A stretch of 64,000 nt of DNA, from positions 143,862 through 207,861 of IMG/VR virus record IMGVR_UViG_3300031555_003522, one strand, 5' to 3'. The notes beneath the pieces were generated by a model, which made no database searches, was not told the origin of the DNA, and worked only from the letters and a program-made list of their open reading frames with translations. This document shows, one piece after another, positions 29,785 through 40,521 of this stretch; positions within the stretch are counted from its first letter, which is position 1; every line of letters starts with the position of its first letter. A program made the position numbers and the translations under genes. The DNA comes from a virus (taxonomy: Duplodnaviria; Caudoviricetes).

Positions 29785-31611
29785 ATGGCAAAGAGTAAGT
29801 ACTACGGAGTCCGTTTCACCGATGCCGTGAGATATTGGTGGATGGACAGAACTTTCGACATTGAAAAACATGTCGATAAGATGCGTAGAGATCGCGTGAA
29901 CCGTGCAGCCGGTACAAATTGCGAAGCCAAGGAGACTAATAGTGTCTCTAATAATAACAATGCTGCAACAACAACCGCTACCGAGACTAGTGTCAAGGAA
30001 GCTCCCGCTACCGATACTAAGAAGGAAAAGAAGAATATTTTCTCCAAAGTATTTGGTAAGAAAAATACTGAAGCTACAAGTACTTCTGAGGATCCTGTAG
30101 CCGAAGAATCCGAAGAAGTTATCGCCGCTTCTAAGGAAGCACCTGCAGAAGAACCCGGTGCAGAAAAAATGGAAAACAATAACGATCCCATTGTAGGCGA
30201 TATCTGTTCTGCCAATCAGCAGAATGGCCAGAACCCTGTCGAGGGTATCAACATTGGTGGTATCCATTTTGACATGGATATGACTGTTGAAGAAAAAGTA
30301 GAACCTAGTCTTCTTAAGCAGACATCTGTGAGTGATCAGAACAATATGTTCAATCAGCCTCAGGTATTCCCTGGGCAGCAGCCTGTGATGCAGAATTCTG
30401 CATTTGTACAGCAACCCGTTATGGGAACACATCAGATGAATGTTCCCTCGGGAACACCTCAGATAAATGTTCCCCCTATTCAGCAGCCCATTGTTAATCA
30501 GCCTATGACAACACCTCAGCAGCCCCCCATTCATCGAGTGGATGCACCTCCCAAGGTCATTACTCCCAAGCCTCCCAGAGCTGAAGCGGATCATGTAGAG
30601 GTAAGCAATACAAATATCGCTCAACCCTTCGTTGATCCGAATAAGCACAATAAGGTTATTCGTGATCAGCATCCTGATATCATTCAGAAGGAGACACCTC
30701 ATATTCCGGATAAGCCTTCTGAACAGTTGTACGACAACAGCTTGCTGATTGCAGCATTTCCCTATCTTGGAGAAATCCAGAGAATCGCATTGAAGCATCA
30801 TATCCAGCTTAAGATGGAAATGCTGGGTTATGCTGCAAATCCCATGATTCAGACTGGCATGGTATTGTGCTATGCATTCAATGATGGGACGAATATCTTC
30901 AATGAACTCAAGAGCTTTACGATCGATACCGGAAATATCATCGATCGTAGACCCAAGTTGTTCACAGGCATCGTTCTGAATGGGTTTGAAGATATGCCTG
31001 CATACGCTATCCAGATCAATGACAAGATCAATAAGAATAAGTATAACTTCAATGAAGAAATGTTCGAAAAGATCTTCGTTGGAGGTATCACTATGCTTGA
31101 TGGTCGCGGTATGTACACCCAGCAGTATCGCAAGCTCAATAAGATCGTTGATCTGAGCACTATGCCCACCAAGTTGATGAACGGTGAGCGCCGCAAGGCA
31201 GTTCAGGACCGTCTGGTAAAGGCTTTGACTGCCGGTGTATTCGACAAAGCTATTGCAATGGCACCTGGTTCCAGATTCGAGTTCAAGGATGATTCTTACG
31301 ATAAGGATCGTGGAACCTTCGTCCTGACCAATGTCAATGTACCTGTGACATTCAACGGACCTATCGTAAATACGATTCCTACCGAGATCACCTTTAAGAC
31401 CGGCGCCCAGGTGTTTGTCCACTCTCCCAATAATCCGCCTGCAGATACAGCTTCTTCTGATACCGCTCAGGAAGCCGAAACTCCTAAGCAGGAAAAGAAG
31501 ACAAAGAGCGGAAGCAAGAAATCCAATAAGAAACAGAATGAGGATAAAGTAGAGACAGAAGCCACTACAGAAACATCCTCTTCTAATGCCGCTAATACTA
31601 GCGAGAATTAA
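29785..31611 (+). CDS. Hypothetical early protein with long low-complexity (Q/P, E/T) linkers
   Basis: ATG at 29785 after AAGGAGG; terminator downstream. Confidence 0.7.
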   Translation: MAKSKYYGVRFTDAVRYWWMDRTFDIEKHVDKMRRDRVNRAAGTNCEAKETNSVSNNNNAATTTATETSVKEAPATDTKKEKKNIFSKVFGKKNTEATSTSEDPVAEESEEVIAASKEAPAEEPGAEKMENNNDPIVGDICSANQQNGQNPVEGINIGGIHFDMDMTVEEKVEPSLLKQTSVSDQNNMFNQPQVFPGQQPVMQNSAFVQQPVMGTHQMNVPSGTPQINVPPIQQPIVNQPMTTPQQPPIHRVDAPPKVITPKPPRAEADHVEVSNTNIAQPFVDPNKHNKVIRDQHPDIIQKETPHIPDKPSEQLYDNSLLIAAFPYLGEIQRIALKHHIQLKMEMLGYAANPMIQTGMVLCYAFNDGTNIFNELKSFTIDTGNIIDRRPKLFTGIVLNGFEDMPAYAIQINDKINKNKYNFNEEMFEKIFVGGITMLDGRGMYTQQYRKLNKIVDLSTMPTKLMNGERRKAVQDRLVKALTAGVFDKAIAMAPGSRFEFKDDSYDKDRGTFVLTNVNVPVTFNGPIVNTIPTEITFKTGAQVFVHSPNNPPADTASSDTAQEAETPKQEKKTKSGSKKSNKKQNEDKVETEATTETSSSNAANTSEN

Positions 31612-31701
31612 TAAAAGATGGGGAGACTCCTCCCCATCTTTTTTTTTTTGATTTGTATAAACTCTACAACTCTATAGTAACCTATTTTGAGGAGAATAGA
31701 C

Positions 31702-32484
31702 ATGGCAAAAAGAGTTCTAGAAGAACCTATTGAGTTCTTTAAGATAGATAAAATATCGGATGATGTTTATGCATTAGGTCCGAATGTGGTATTAAAATTT
31801 AATGTATCTCTTTCCAAGGTGGCGAATGGAAAGAGATATCATTTTCATAAAGAATATGAATATCCTTCTAAGTGTAATGATATTCCTACAGTTGCTACAA
31901 TCAAAAGAAGTTTTGATTATTATCTTTCTATAGAGAATATTCAGAAAGATGATAATGGAAATAAAGCATTTATAAGAATTGGAGCTCAAGAGTATATGAT
32001 ATTTAAACGCGCTTTAGATGTCGTAACCTCTTGGTTCACTTCTGAAGAATTTAAATACCTTTTTGCAAGAAATAAAGGTAAACTTATTATAACTAATCCT
32101 ATTCCAGAGTTTACTATATCAAATTTACCTATGCAGAAGGTTATAACATTTGTACCTACAATAATAGATAAAGGTATAGCTAATGATGATAAAGAACCTG
32201 GCATAAGAATGTATATAGGCGATAATTCATCTTTTGTAGATATGGATTTAGATCGATTTATGGGATTATATTATGTATTCTCATGCTTCAATATGTATCA
32301 AGCTGCAACCATTATGATAAATTATCTAGAAAGACCAGAACTTGGTACAAATAGATTCGTAATGGATGTACCTCAACAATCTTATAATTATAATAAAGAA
32401 TCTAAGAGTGGAGCTGAAGGTATAACCGGAAGAGTTGTCACTCCAAAGAATTCAAAAAATAATATAAGTGCATTAGGAGGATAA
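31702..32484 (+). CDS. Hypothetical protein
   Basis: ATG at 31702 after GAGGAG; AACT-N6-TA upstream; N-terminal EPIEF motif. Confidence 0.7.
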   Translation: MAKRVLEEPIEFFKIDKISDDVYALGPNVVLKFNVSLSKVANGKRYHFHKEYEYPSKCNDIPTVATIKRSFDYYLSIENIQKDDNGNKAFIRIGAQEYMIFKRALDVVTSWFTSEEFKYLFARNKGKLIITNPIPEFTISNLPMQKVITFVPTIIDKGIANDDKEPGIRMYIGDNSSFVDMDLDRFMGLYYVFSCFNMYQAATIMINYLERPELGTNRFVMDVPQQSYNYNKESKSGAEGITGRVVTPKNSKNNISALGG

Positions 32485-32488
32485 TAGA

Positions 32489-33151
32489 ATGGATTATACA
32501 TATATTCATCCCATGTTTACTGAAGATGATGAGGATATAGCTATAGATTATTTGGCTAATCGAATGGTAAATACTGCAGATATAGCATTATATAATGGAG
32601 AAAATGAAGATGGCCAACCAAACCTTATATCTGCTCAACATTTAAATAAAGATTTTTTAAAAGAAATGACAAAGCAGATGGTTATAAGATTATATGGTGT
32701 AAATATAATTACTATGGCAAACTACGCGCAAGTTCAAGATATTTTCTACGATAAGTATTCTGCTTATCTTATCAAATATTTAAACTTTTGTGGAATAAAA
32801 GCAAGTTTTGTCATGTTTACACCATCATCTATAACACCATATGCTATGAGTAAATATATAGCAAAGAATCCTAATAAGCCATTGGCTCATTATAATCCCA
32901 ATAGACCTTGGACTTTTAACGTTACGAAGGATATCGGAATTAATTTAATGAATCCATTAAATGGTATGGATATTGTTATATTACGCCTCGAAGGTATAAA
33001 GGAGTATATGCCAATTCTCATAAAACACATGTTTCAAAGAGAACCTACTCCTGATGAACTGGAATATGATAACTTAGATCTAAAGATATTGCCTAGTTCT
33101 ACTATATCAGATCTATTAGATCTAGTTAGAATATTAAATATAGTTTTCTAA
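32489..33151 (+). CDS. Hypothetical protein
   Basis: 220 aa, AGGAGG RBS. Confidence 0.65.
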   Translation: MDYTYIHPMFTEDDEDIAIDYLANRMVNTADIALYNGENEDGQPNLISAQHLNKDFLKEMTKQMVIRLYGVNIITMANYAQVQDIFYDKYSAYLIKYLNFCGIKASFVMFTPSSITPYAMSKYIAKNPNKPLAHYNPNRPWTFNVTKDIGINLMNPLNGMDIVILRLEGIKEYMPILIKHMFQREPTPDELEYDNLDLKILPSSTISDLLDLVRILNIVF

Positions 33152-33170
33152 AGAAAGGCGCAGAGGAGAT

Positions 33171-33521
33171 ATGGAGTTTATATTGAGTAGATTTAGAACT
33201 TTTCTTGAAATGCATAAAATTTTTCATATGGAAGAAGTGACTTTTAAAGGAGAGGTATTTGTAGACATGATAATAGAAGATGATGAATTACGTCATCTTT
33301 TGTTAGACTGCAATTACAATTCTTTAAACTATGAAGATGGTTTACAAGAGTTAACAGTCGATAATAGATACGATACTTCTAAATACATAAAGCCTATTGC
33401 TTCTATTCCTGAAAATAGATCTTCAAAATGTGTTCGTATTATTTGTGATGACCATTATGCAATCAAGGTAAACAAGGCTAGTCATATTATTATGAACTAC
33501 CATTCAAAGCATTCAATCTAA
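33171..33521 (+). CDS. Hypothetical protein
   Basis: 116 aa, GAGGAG RBS. Confidence 0.6.
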   Translation: MEFILSRFRTFLEMHKIFHMEEVTFKGEVFVDMIIEDDELRHLLLDCNYNSLNYEDGLQELTVDNRYDTSKYIKPIASIPENRSSKCVRIICDDHYAIKVNKASHIIMNYHSKHSI

Positions 33522-33565
33522 TGAAAACTTAGAGGATAGGACAAACGTCCTATCCTCATTTTCTT

Positions 33566-34330
33566 TTATACTGTAAACATCAATGGTTGATTACTATTGG
33601 CCGCAGATACATAAGAATCTTTTAGCTCTGCAAGAATATCGCCTCTAGTAGATGCTTTAGACTCAAGATCTCCTAATTTAAGATCTATATTTGCATAAAC
33701 AGTCTCCAGGCCATCATAATACTTCAATTCCTCGTAAAGGAATCTAGCAACATCGGCCTCTGCCAATGCCTCTAAGGTTTCCATCATAGTGGCAGGAATT
33801 GTCATTAGATTGGGAGCATGTTTAATAAGAAGATCTACAGGAAAAGTATTCATACCTCTAGTTATATCAGCTCCAGTAACTGTAGAAAGCTTTATCATAT
33901 TGGGTGGCTTAAACTCCACATAGATCTGGTTATTAAATAGCGACATATGGTCAGCTCTCATCTGCAGGAGCATGACATCATCGAGTCCATATTGATTGGT
34001 CATGAAATCATAAGTTCCATAACCCTGAGCCTCTTGAAGTCGGAGACTATCTTTAGAGAATAAAGACCAATCTATATCCCTAACTCCAATAACTTCAATA
34101 TTATCAGCAAGATGTTCATCAATAAGATAATATCCTTGAGCATTTCTTTGGGAAAGATCTAAAAGTACTTTCATAGAATTAGGGAAATATCTACTGAAAG
34201 TGTCTAGTGTATCTTCTATAATAACTTTAGCCCAATTATCTTTTGTAAGATAATCAGGGAGATTTAATTGTCTAGTGCCTAATCTACGCTCTAATTTATC
34301 AAGGAGCGCATTCATCTTATTAGGTGGCAT
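33566..34330 (-). CDS. Virion structural protein (possible neck/head-completion protein)
   Basis: 254 aa; late promoter AACA TTTATT TA; N-terminal RRLG..L.L pattern reminiscent of T4 gp13-type neck proteins. Confidence 0.5.
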   Translation of the reverse strand: MPPNKMNALLDKLERRLGTRQLNLPDYLTKDNWAKVIIEDTLDTFSRYFPNSMKVLLDLSQRNAQGYYLIDEHLADNIEVIGVRDIDWSLFSKDSLRLQEAQGYGTYDFMTNQYGLDDVMLLQMRADHMSLFNNQIYVEFKPPNMIKLSTVTGADITRGMNTFPVDLLIKHAPNLMTIPATMMETLEALAEADVARFLYEELKYYDGLETVYANIDLKLGDLESKASTRGDILAELKDSYVSAANSNQPLMFTV

Positions 34331-34441
34331 TATATCATCTCCTTTTAAATAAATGTTGAAATAGCTATATCTAACATTTTTAAATATATACTATAGATGT
34401 GATAATGAGGAGATTTAAAAACTTTATAATAAATAAAAAGA

Positions 34442-34666
34442 ATGGAGGGACAGGTTTTGTTAATTAAGACTAGAGTTATTGATGAATTTATAGTACGTCT
34501 CATTAATGATGATCATCGCAATATGTGGATTGGTAAGTTTGATACGTCTACTATTGAAAATGTATATGCCGATACGGAAGGAGATCTGTATAAAGAGATC
34601 TATAATGCTATTGCAAAGTATAAAGGCCTTCCCATTCCATATCCTGATGATAAAGAAGAAGAATAA
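34442..34666 (+). CDS. Small hypothetical protein
   Basis: 74 aa; early-type motif upstream. Confidence 0.55.
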   Translation: MEGQVLLIKTRVIDEFIVRLINDDHRNMWIGKFDTSTIENVYADTEGDLYKEIYNAIAKYKGLPIPYPDDKEEE

Positions 34667-34702
34667 GAAGGTAGAGATAAAACTCTACCTTCTTATTTTT
34701 TT

Positions 34703-37283
34703 TTATTTTATGAATTGAGCAAGATTACCGGCTAATACAGAGTATGGTTGTTCATCTTCATCATTATAGAAGTTATCAAATACTTCATTAGGAATAGTTT
34801 GCACTTGTGAAGACATCTGAGGTATCATCATTTTATACCTATCAGATATAGATTTTTGTACAGCCTTATCAGATAGCAATCTTGTCATGCATTCTTCGTC
34901 CTTTTGTTGCTCTTGACGCATCCAATCTTCATAAAGAAGTTTACCAGGAGCATTTTCCATTGCTTGAACAGCTTGCTGGATTTCTTCATTATCGCTTACA
35001 TCAAGATCGGTAACAACTTCTTCATTATCTTCATGTATATCTACAACAGCCTCTTCAAGATCAGCATCTGTACGGAGCACCCTCTTTGTGATACCCCAAT
35101 TGTTCATCAAATCTCCACCGTTGTAATATACGAACAATCCCCACAGCCAAGAGAATACCTGGTCATCGTGAGTATTACTCGAATGCTCAATCTTACCATT
35201 CTTCTTAACCTCTAGGCCGCATAATTCTTCATAAATTGTAGGAGATATAATCTTATCTTTATGATATTCAACACGGTCTCTCAGAATTTCCATTAGGTTC
35301 TCGCGTTCTGCCTTTGTAGAATCGGAGCCATATACTTTAGTCTTTTGAGTGCGTTTATGTATCGCAGCACCAACTATTCTCTCTTCGATAACTTTATCTT
35401 TTATAGTATAGAATAGATTCTTTCTAATAGAAGTCTGTAAAAGACGCGCGATTACTGACGCGCCGAAACCCATTTGTTTATTACTGGACGCAACTCCAAT
35501 AACCTTGGCTCATTCCAAGCAGTTCCATTACAGAACCTGTGCAGATCATTTGTCATTCTAAACAGCCGTTAGAACGGGATTTTTCTTCCGCCATTAGCTT
35601 GCGGTTCTACTCTCTCGTCAAGAGATGATCGTTGAACGTTTATCTTATAAGATGTGGTATTCTTATAAGATATTTCGCTGCTATACATGGACTTGTCAGT
35701 GAATATTTAGGATTTAACCTTGTATTCATCCTTACTACTTTTTTATGCTTTCGCAACCATCACGCTCATCTTTACAGATCACGTTGTGGTGAGTAAGGCT
35801 CTTAACCCACTTCATAGCAATTAACACCTTGAAACATAAAGATCACTCTTTATGCTGCGATTGCTGTATAAGCTACGCCGTTTCGTTCGATATTTACTAC
35901 TGCATTAGGCATCCATTTTGAAACAATGTCATGGATTACCATTGCTAGTTCTGGGGTTGATATAAAATTACTATTAAGCTCTGCTGTTACTCTTGTGCTG
36001 AAAGAATCAATTATAGTAATTGCAGAGGAGTCTCTTTGATAACCGCCAGAGACGTCAACTCCAATAATGGGCGGATACTTCATATTAATCTTCTCATAAA
36101 TTTTGAGTTCATACTTATTGAGAAGAAGCACTGTATTGATAGGATGCTTAAGTAGACCCTTAATAGTATCCAAATCTTCTGCTCTGAAAGGAGAGTTCTC
36201 AGAAGAATTAGACCATTCAAGCAAAACTTCTCGACGGATTGCATCCCAGTCTTTACGCATTGTAATACAGAGATCTCTAAACCACTGTTCGCTCTTACCG
36301 AGTTGCTGGTATGTATACTTAATGTAAATAAAGTTAGAGTTGGTATTACTATTGACGATATCATAAATCTGTTCCTTGGTAAGGTCATACCATCTTTCAC
36401 TGAAGGGAGTAGCATTCTCCTTCATATTGAAAGCTTCTACGCCTTCATCTGTAGTAAGCATACCAGGAGTAGTAGTAACCAGCATTCCATAAGGACTACC
36501 ATTTCTCTTAGCATTCTGAGAAGCAGTATTAAATGCAGGAACCATGTTAGTATAAATAATGGAGTTATATTGAATAAAGCCATACTCGTCGATATAGATA
36601 ATCGGAGTTGTACGACCACGCATCAGGCTAGCTGCAGCAACTTTATTTCTTGCAGAAGCAACGGTTCTGATACGGTTATTATTTACAGGATGCTGTAATG
36701 TCTCAACGTTATTCTTACCCTTGATTCTAGATCCATCAGGAGCAAATGCTTGATCCATCTTGAGCCAAGAAGGTAATAATGCTCTAAGTTCTCGAATACG
36801 CTGTAAGTTTAATTTAGAGTCATCAAGCTTCTTATTAAGGAAGCTCATTTCAGCATTGGCTGTGCCAAAATTAAACAGATACAAATACCAGCAAAGACTA
36901 GACATAGTCTTACCAGTCTGACGAGGCATCTCTAAGAATGTATTCAAGTTAAGCATTAGGGCAAAAATTAATGCAAGGTTACCTCTAGAGAGCTCAAATT
37001 TAACACCTGTAGCTTGGCCAGAATCTGGAATTCGTACTATTTCTCTAAAGAAGTACCAAGGGTTAAAGATACACTCTCTAAGAACCTTAGTCTTCATCAT
37101 AGCACTTAAATTAGGATCATATGGATCTATTCTTGCTAGATCAGGATCCAATAAAACTAGCATAAATCTATTGTTTTCTATACCAGCATCTTTAAGATAT
37201 CTGTGTACTTCTAGAAAACTTTTATTGGTTGTACTCATATGATAATACACTGTGGTCTGAGTTTGACCATACATAATAGCCAT
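34703..37283 (-). CDS. terL: Terminase large subunit, spliced (exon 1 37283-~35877, exon 2 ~35470-34703)
   Basis: Walker A MPRQTGKT, Walker B IYIDE, coupling motif TTTPG, nuclease IGVDVSGG, NIERNG|GFGASV, HDDQVFS. Confidence 0.88.
35471..35876 (-). mobile_element. Group I intron in the terminase nuclease domain (~406 nt, no ORF; boundaries +/-3 nt)
   Basis: P AATTGCTATG / Q TATAGCAGC, R GTTCAACGATCAT / S ATGATCT (compensatory changes); P9 hairpins; ends ..AACAAATG. Confidence 0.8.
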
Positions 37284-37380
37284 AGAAGTTCCTCCTTTCA
37301 TATGAGTAGCAAAGATATTAATTATAAGTTGACTTCTATACCCCTTATTCGAGCTAATGGTAATTAGAGAAATGAATGAT

Positions 37381-37398
37381 AATATATTATAAATATGA
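37381..37398 (+). promoter_or_regulatory. Early (virion RNAP-type) promoter motif
   Basis: AATATATTATAAATATGA; identical 18-mer at 40461-40478. Confidence 0.6.
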
Positions 37399-37442
37399 AA
37401 TAATATGATACTCAAGTATCAAAATAAAAGGAGAATGAAACT

Positions 37443-38114
37443 ATGCCAAAAATAAACTTTTTAAGGCCAGTAGTAATACAAGAACACGTATTTCTAAACC
37501 AAAAAACTGACCCAATTTTTAATTGGAATGTGGTTATGGCTGTCAATGCTATTGTAGATGACTATGTATATGCTCTCACGTTATCTAAGAATATGCTTAA
37601 AGTTCTATACCGTCTCATTACAACGGGAGATTATACTCCTAAGATTTCTATCATCGAAAACTTTGATAAGAGCCGGGTGTCTTATGATGAAAGCGATGAT
37701 GGACTTTATGGATTTATTAGATATCATTTTTCCGATGACTGGCAGAAGTATACAGATGAAGATGATGAATTCTATAATAATACCATCCTGATCTTTATGA
37801 GCACATATATAGATCTTCAGGAATATGTTTTTGATGACAGCGATCGTGATAAATACGAATATTATGAGGCTAGTGAAGTAGATTGTGATATCAGTAATGA
37901 AGGATCTTATTTCATAAGCTATTTCGAGGGTCTTTATTATGCCATTTCTCTGAGTGATTTTAGAGACGGAGTAGTTGGGGTATCTAATACATTACATGGA
38001 GCAGTAGCAAAACTAGAGAAGTATCTGTCTGATACTTTTAACCTCCCTGAATGTATTTATTTTGATTGCGATGTTAAGGAGGGTAACGTATGGATATCAA
38101 AGAAGGAGCAATGA
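37443..38114 (+). CDS. Hypothetical early protein (acidic)
   Basis: 223 aa, AAAGGAGA RBS. Confidence 0.65.
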   Translation: MPKINFLRPVVIQEHVFLNQKTDPIFNWNVVMAVNAIVDDYVYALTLSKNMLKVLYRLITTGDYTPKISIIENFDKSRVSYDESDDGLYGFIRYHFSDDWQKYTDEDDEFYNNTILIFMSTYIDLQEYVFDDSDRDKYEYYEASEVDCDISNEGSYFISYFEGLYYAISLSDFRDGVVGVSNTLHGAVAKLEKYLSDTFNLPECIYFDCDVKEGNVWISKKEQ

Positions 38115-38446
38115 CCTATATCGATCTATTCAGACGACACGGATGGGTTGTAGATATCTTAGGCCATAACGACTTCATTGCTTATAATGATGTCTACTTC
38201 GTTGCATTTTCTGTATATAACAGATATGCATCTGCAGTATCTTATCTTCTTTGCGATAAAGAAGAATTTATTAGAGAATGGAAAAGTAAATCAAGCTACC
38301 AAGCTATTGGTAGCTTTGCTTTCCATGATTATATGCTTGGAAGAGCACAATCTAAATTCAATCAGTTTGGAGGAATCGCTAATCACGATCATGACACATT
38401 TGAGATCGAGAGATGGCTTATCAAATTGGAGGAGAATAGAAAATGA
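38111..38446 (+). CDS. Hypothetical early protein
   Basis: ATGA overlap with the upstream stop; AAGGAG RBS. Confidence 0.6.
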   Translation: MTYIDLFRRHGWVVDILGHNDFIAYNDVYFVAFSVYNRYASAVSYLLCDKEEFIREWKSKSSYQAIGSFAFHDYMLGRAQSKFNQFGGIANHDHDTFEIERWLIKLEENRK

Positions 38447-39000
38447 ATACAGAATTGAAAAAACCTATAGCATATACCTTTATTCGTCGCTCCTATATGA
38501 TGAATAGTTCAAGGCCCTTTATCAGCTCTAAGGCTAAGCTTTATAAGGATAAAAACAACTGTAGCAAGGCTTTGGATAAAATCCTTAATCATGATTATGC
38601 AGTAATATCTAAACAAGCCGAGTCTGAATGTTGGGCCCATAGGTTTATCGACATCGACGAGTGTTCTGGTAGAGCTGAGTATGAGATCCGTGGATATGAA
38701 TCTGAAGATCACGATAGCGAATTCGTACTTCTATATCAATATATGATTTATCCTATCTATCATTATGCAGATTCTGATCGGTATTGTTATAGAGGCTATT
38801 ATATAACTGGAAGGATAGTTGAAGATCCTGAGTATGGCATCGATAATGAATATGTAGCGATCAGTTATACTGGAGATGATCTTCCCATTCCGGCAGCTAA
38901 TACAATCAGTGTTCTGCTCAATAATATCAATAACTTTATTGAGTACATGAAAGCAATTGGAATGCAGACAGAAAAGGAGGAAGAGTATGATCCAGATTGA
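38443..39000 (+). CDS. Hypothetical early protein
   Basis: 185 aa, translationally coupled. Confidence 0.6.
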   Translation: MNTELKKPIAYTFIRRSYMMNSSRPFISSKAKLYKDKNNCSKALDKILNHDYAVISKQAESECWAHRFIDIDECSGRAEYEIRGYESEDHDSEFVLLYQYMIYPIYHYADSDRYCYRGYYITGRIVEDPEYGIDNEYVAISYTGDDLPIPAANTISVLLNNINNFIEYMKAIGMQTEKEEEYDPD

Positions 39001-39475
39001 TGAGGATGAAGTAATCGTTGGTAAGCGATTGTTCTCTGCCGGATTCAATGATGATGGTTCTGTTAAACAAATTGATAGTACTGATGTTATTTATGAATCT
39101 TTTGAGGAAGCATTCGAGGACGTTAGTAATCCCCTTAATATTCTCTATGGTGGTATGACTGATGAGAGTGTATCTGATGAATTTAAGGGAATTATCACGT
39201 TTAAAAGGAGCGACAAAGATATTGACAATGTCGGGCATAGCATGATTCTTGATATCTATAAACATGGCAGAAAGAAAGCTCAATATTGCATCCTTCCTGT
39301 AGTTATTAATAAACTGCAGATAATTGCTTATAGAGGAATGTTTATTCAGCCATTTGATATCGGTAAGTATCTTATTTGTAGGCGAGATCATAAAGAGCTC
39401 TCTGTGAAGAAGTCTCTTGATCTGGCATTTTCATTTATCGATACCTATCTGCTCATTAATCCGGAATGGCAATAA
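38987..39475 (+). CDS. Hypothetical early protein
   Basis: ATG at 38987 after AAGGAGG. Confidence 0.6.
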   Translation: MIQIDEDEVIVGKRLFSAGFNDDGSVKQIDSTDVIYESFEEAFEDVSNPLNILYGGMTDESVSDEFKGIITFKRSDKDIDNVGHSMILDIYKHGRKKAQYCILPVVINKLQIIAYRGMFIQPFDIGKYLICRRDHKELSVKKSLDLAFSFIDTYLLINPEWQ

Positions 39476-39513
39476 ATAAAGAGGGAGTCTTTCGACTCCC
39501 TCTTATTTTTTTT

Positions 39514-40353
39514 TTACTTATTAGACATCGCTTTAGCCATTTCTAAGCAGAAACCTTCAATTTCATTATGGATATGATTCTCCAGATTAACAACAAAAAT
39601 GTCACCAGTCTTAGCAACAAGCTGCACTTTGCTACCACCGTCAATCAGGGTAGAAGATTCATACATAAAGTCAATCTGATTCAGTAAAGACTTAATATTT
39701 GCAGACTCGCTCTTAATGTAGGAAAGAACACTTTCATTTGTAATAGGAATCAATCTGCCATTATTATTTATACGCTCTATTTCAATCTCAGTACTAATAG
39801 TGCCAGACTCAGTGACTAATCTAGTGGTATAAGCATGAGGATGAGACGGGTAAATAACCCTATCCCATGTAATAACGCGCAGATTCTTAACGACATTACG
39901 ACCATGAAGATTCTCTAAAGAACCAAGAGCTCTCAAAGACCAGCTAGGCAGAACACCTTCGCGAAGATCCTGATCAAACTCTTCACCCTTTTCATTATTA
40001 GTGCCCTTGAACTGAGCCATGACATTATTACCATCCATCCAAATCTTGGTAAAGCGAGCAACAGTGTTATTAGGATCAATAGTCTGCTGACGCATCATAG
40101 AAGTGTCCATAGGATGGCCATTCTCAGACAGCATATTACCAGTACTTAAGAGCTCAATAGTACGAGGACAGTTAATTTCTCTAAGCAGATCGGGCTGTAA
40201 ATAACAGCGGCCGTTACGATTTTCTTCTTCTGCAGTCTGGATAATACCCTCTCCAAGAACTCTCTTGCCAGTATCGGAAATAACCTTAGCCTGGGGGATT
40301 TCAATAGGAGCACTTTCCAGAATGACAAAACCAATAGTTGGTTTATTAGACAT
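39514..40353 (-). CDS. Prohead core protease (T4 gp21-like)
   Basis: NRNGRCY, ENGHP (His), SWSLRALGS (Ser), ITWDRVIYPSHPHAY (Asp). Confidence 0.85.
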   Translation of the reverse strand: MSNKPTIGFVILESAPIEIPQAKVISDTGKRVLGEGIIQTAEEENRNGRCYLQPDLLREINCPRTIELLSTGNMLSENGHPMDTSMMRQQTIDPNNTVARFTKIWMDGNNVMAQFKGTNNEKGEEFDQDLREGVLPSWSLRALGSLENLHGRNVVKNLRVITWDRVIYPSHPHAYTTRLVTESGTISTEIEIERINNNGRLIPITNESVLSYIKSESANIKSLLNQIDFMYESSTLIDGGSKVQLVAKTGDIFVVNLENHIHNEIEGFCLEMAKAMSNK

Positions 40354-40521
40354 AATATAAACCTCCCGAATTTTAATTCAATTATCGATATGTTGGCTAA
40401 TTTGATTGCTTTAGGCTATTTGAATTTATTTATACAAATGTGAAACTTATCTTATATGAAAATATATTATAAATATGAGTAGACAAAAACCACAACTACT
40501 AATGACAAGGAGAATGAAATC

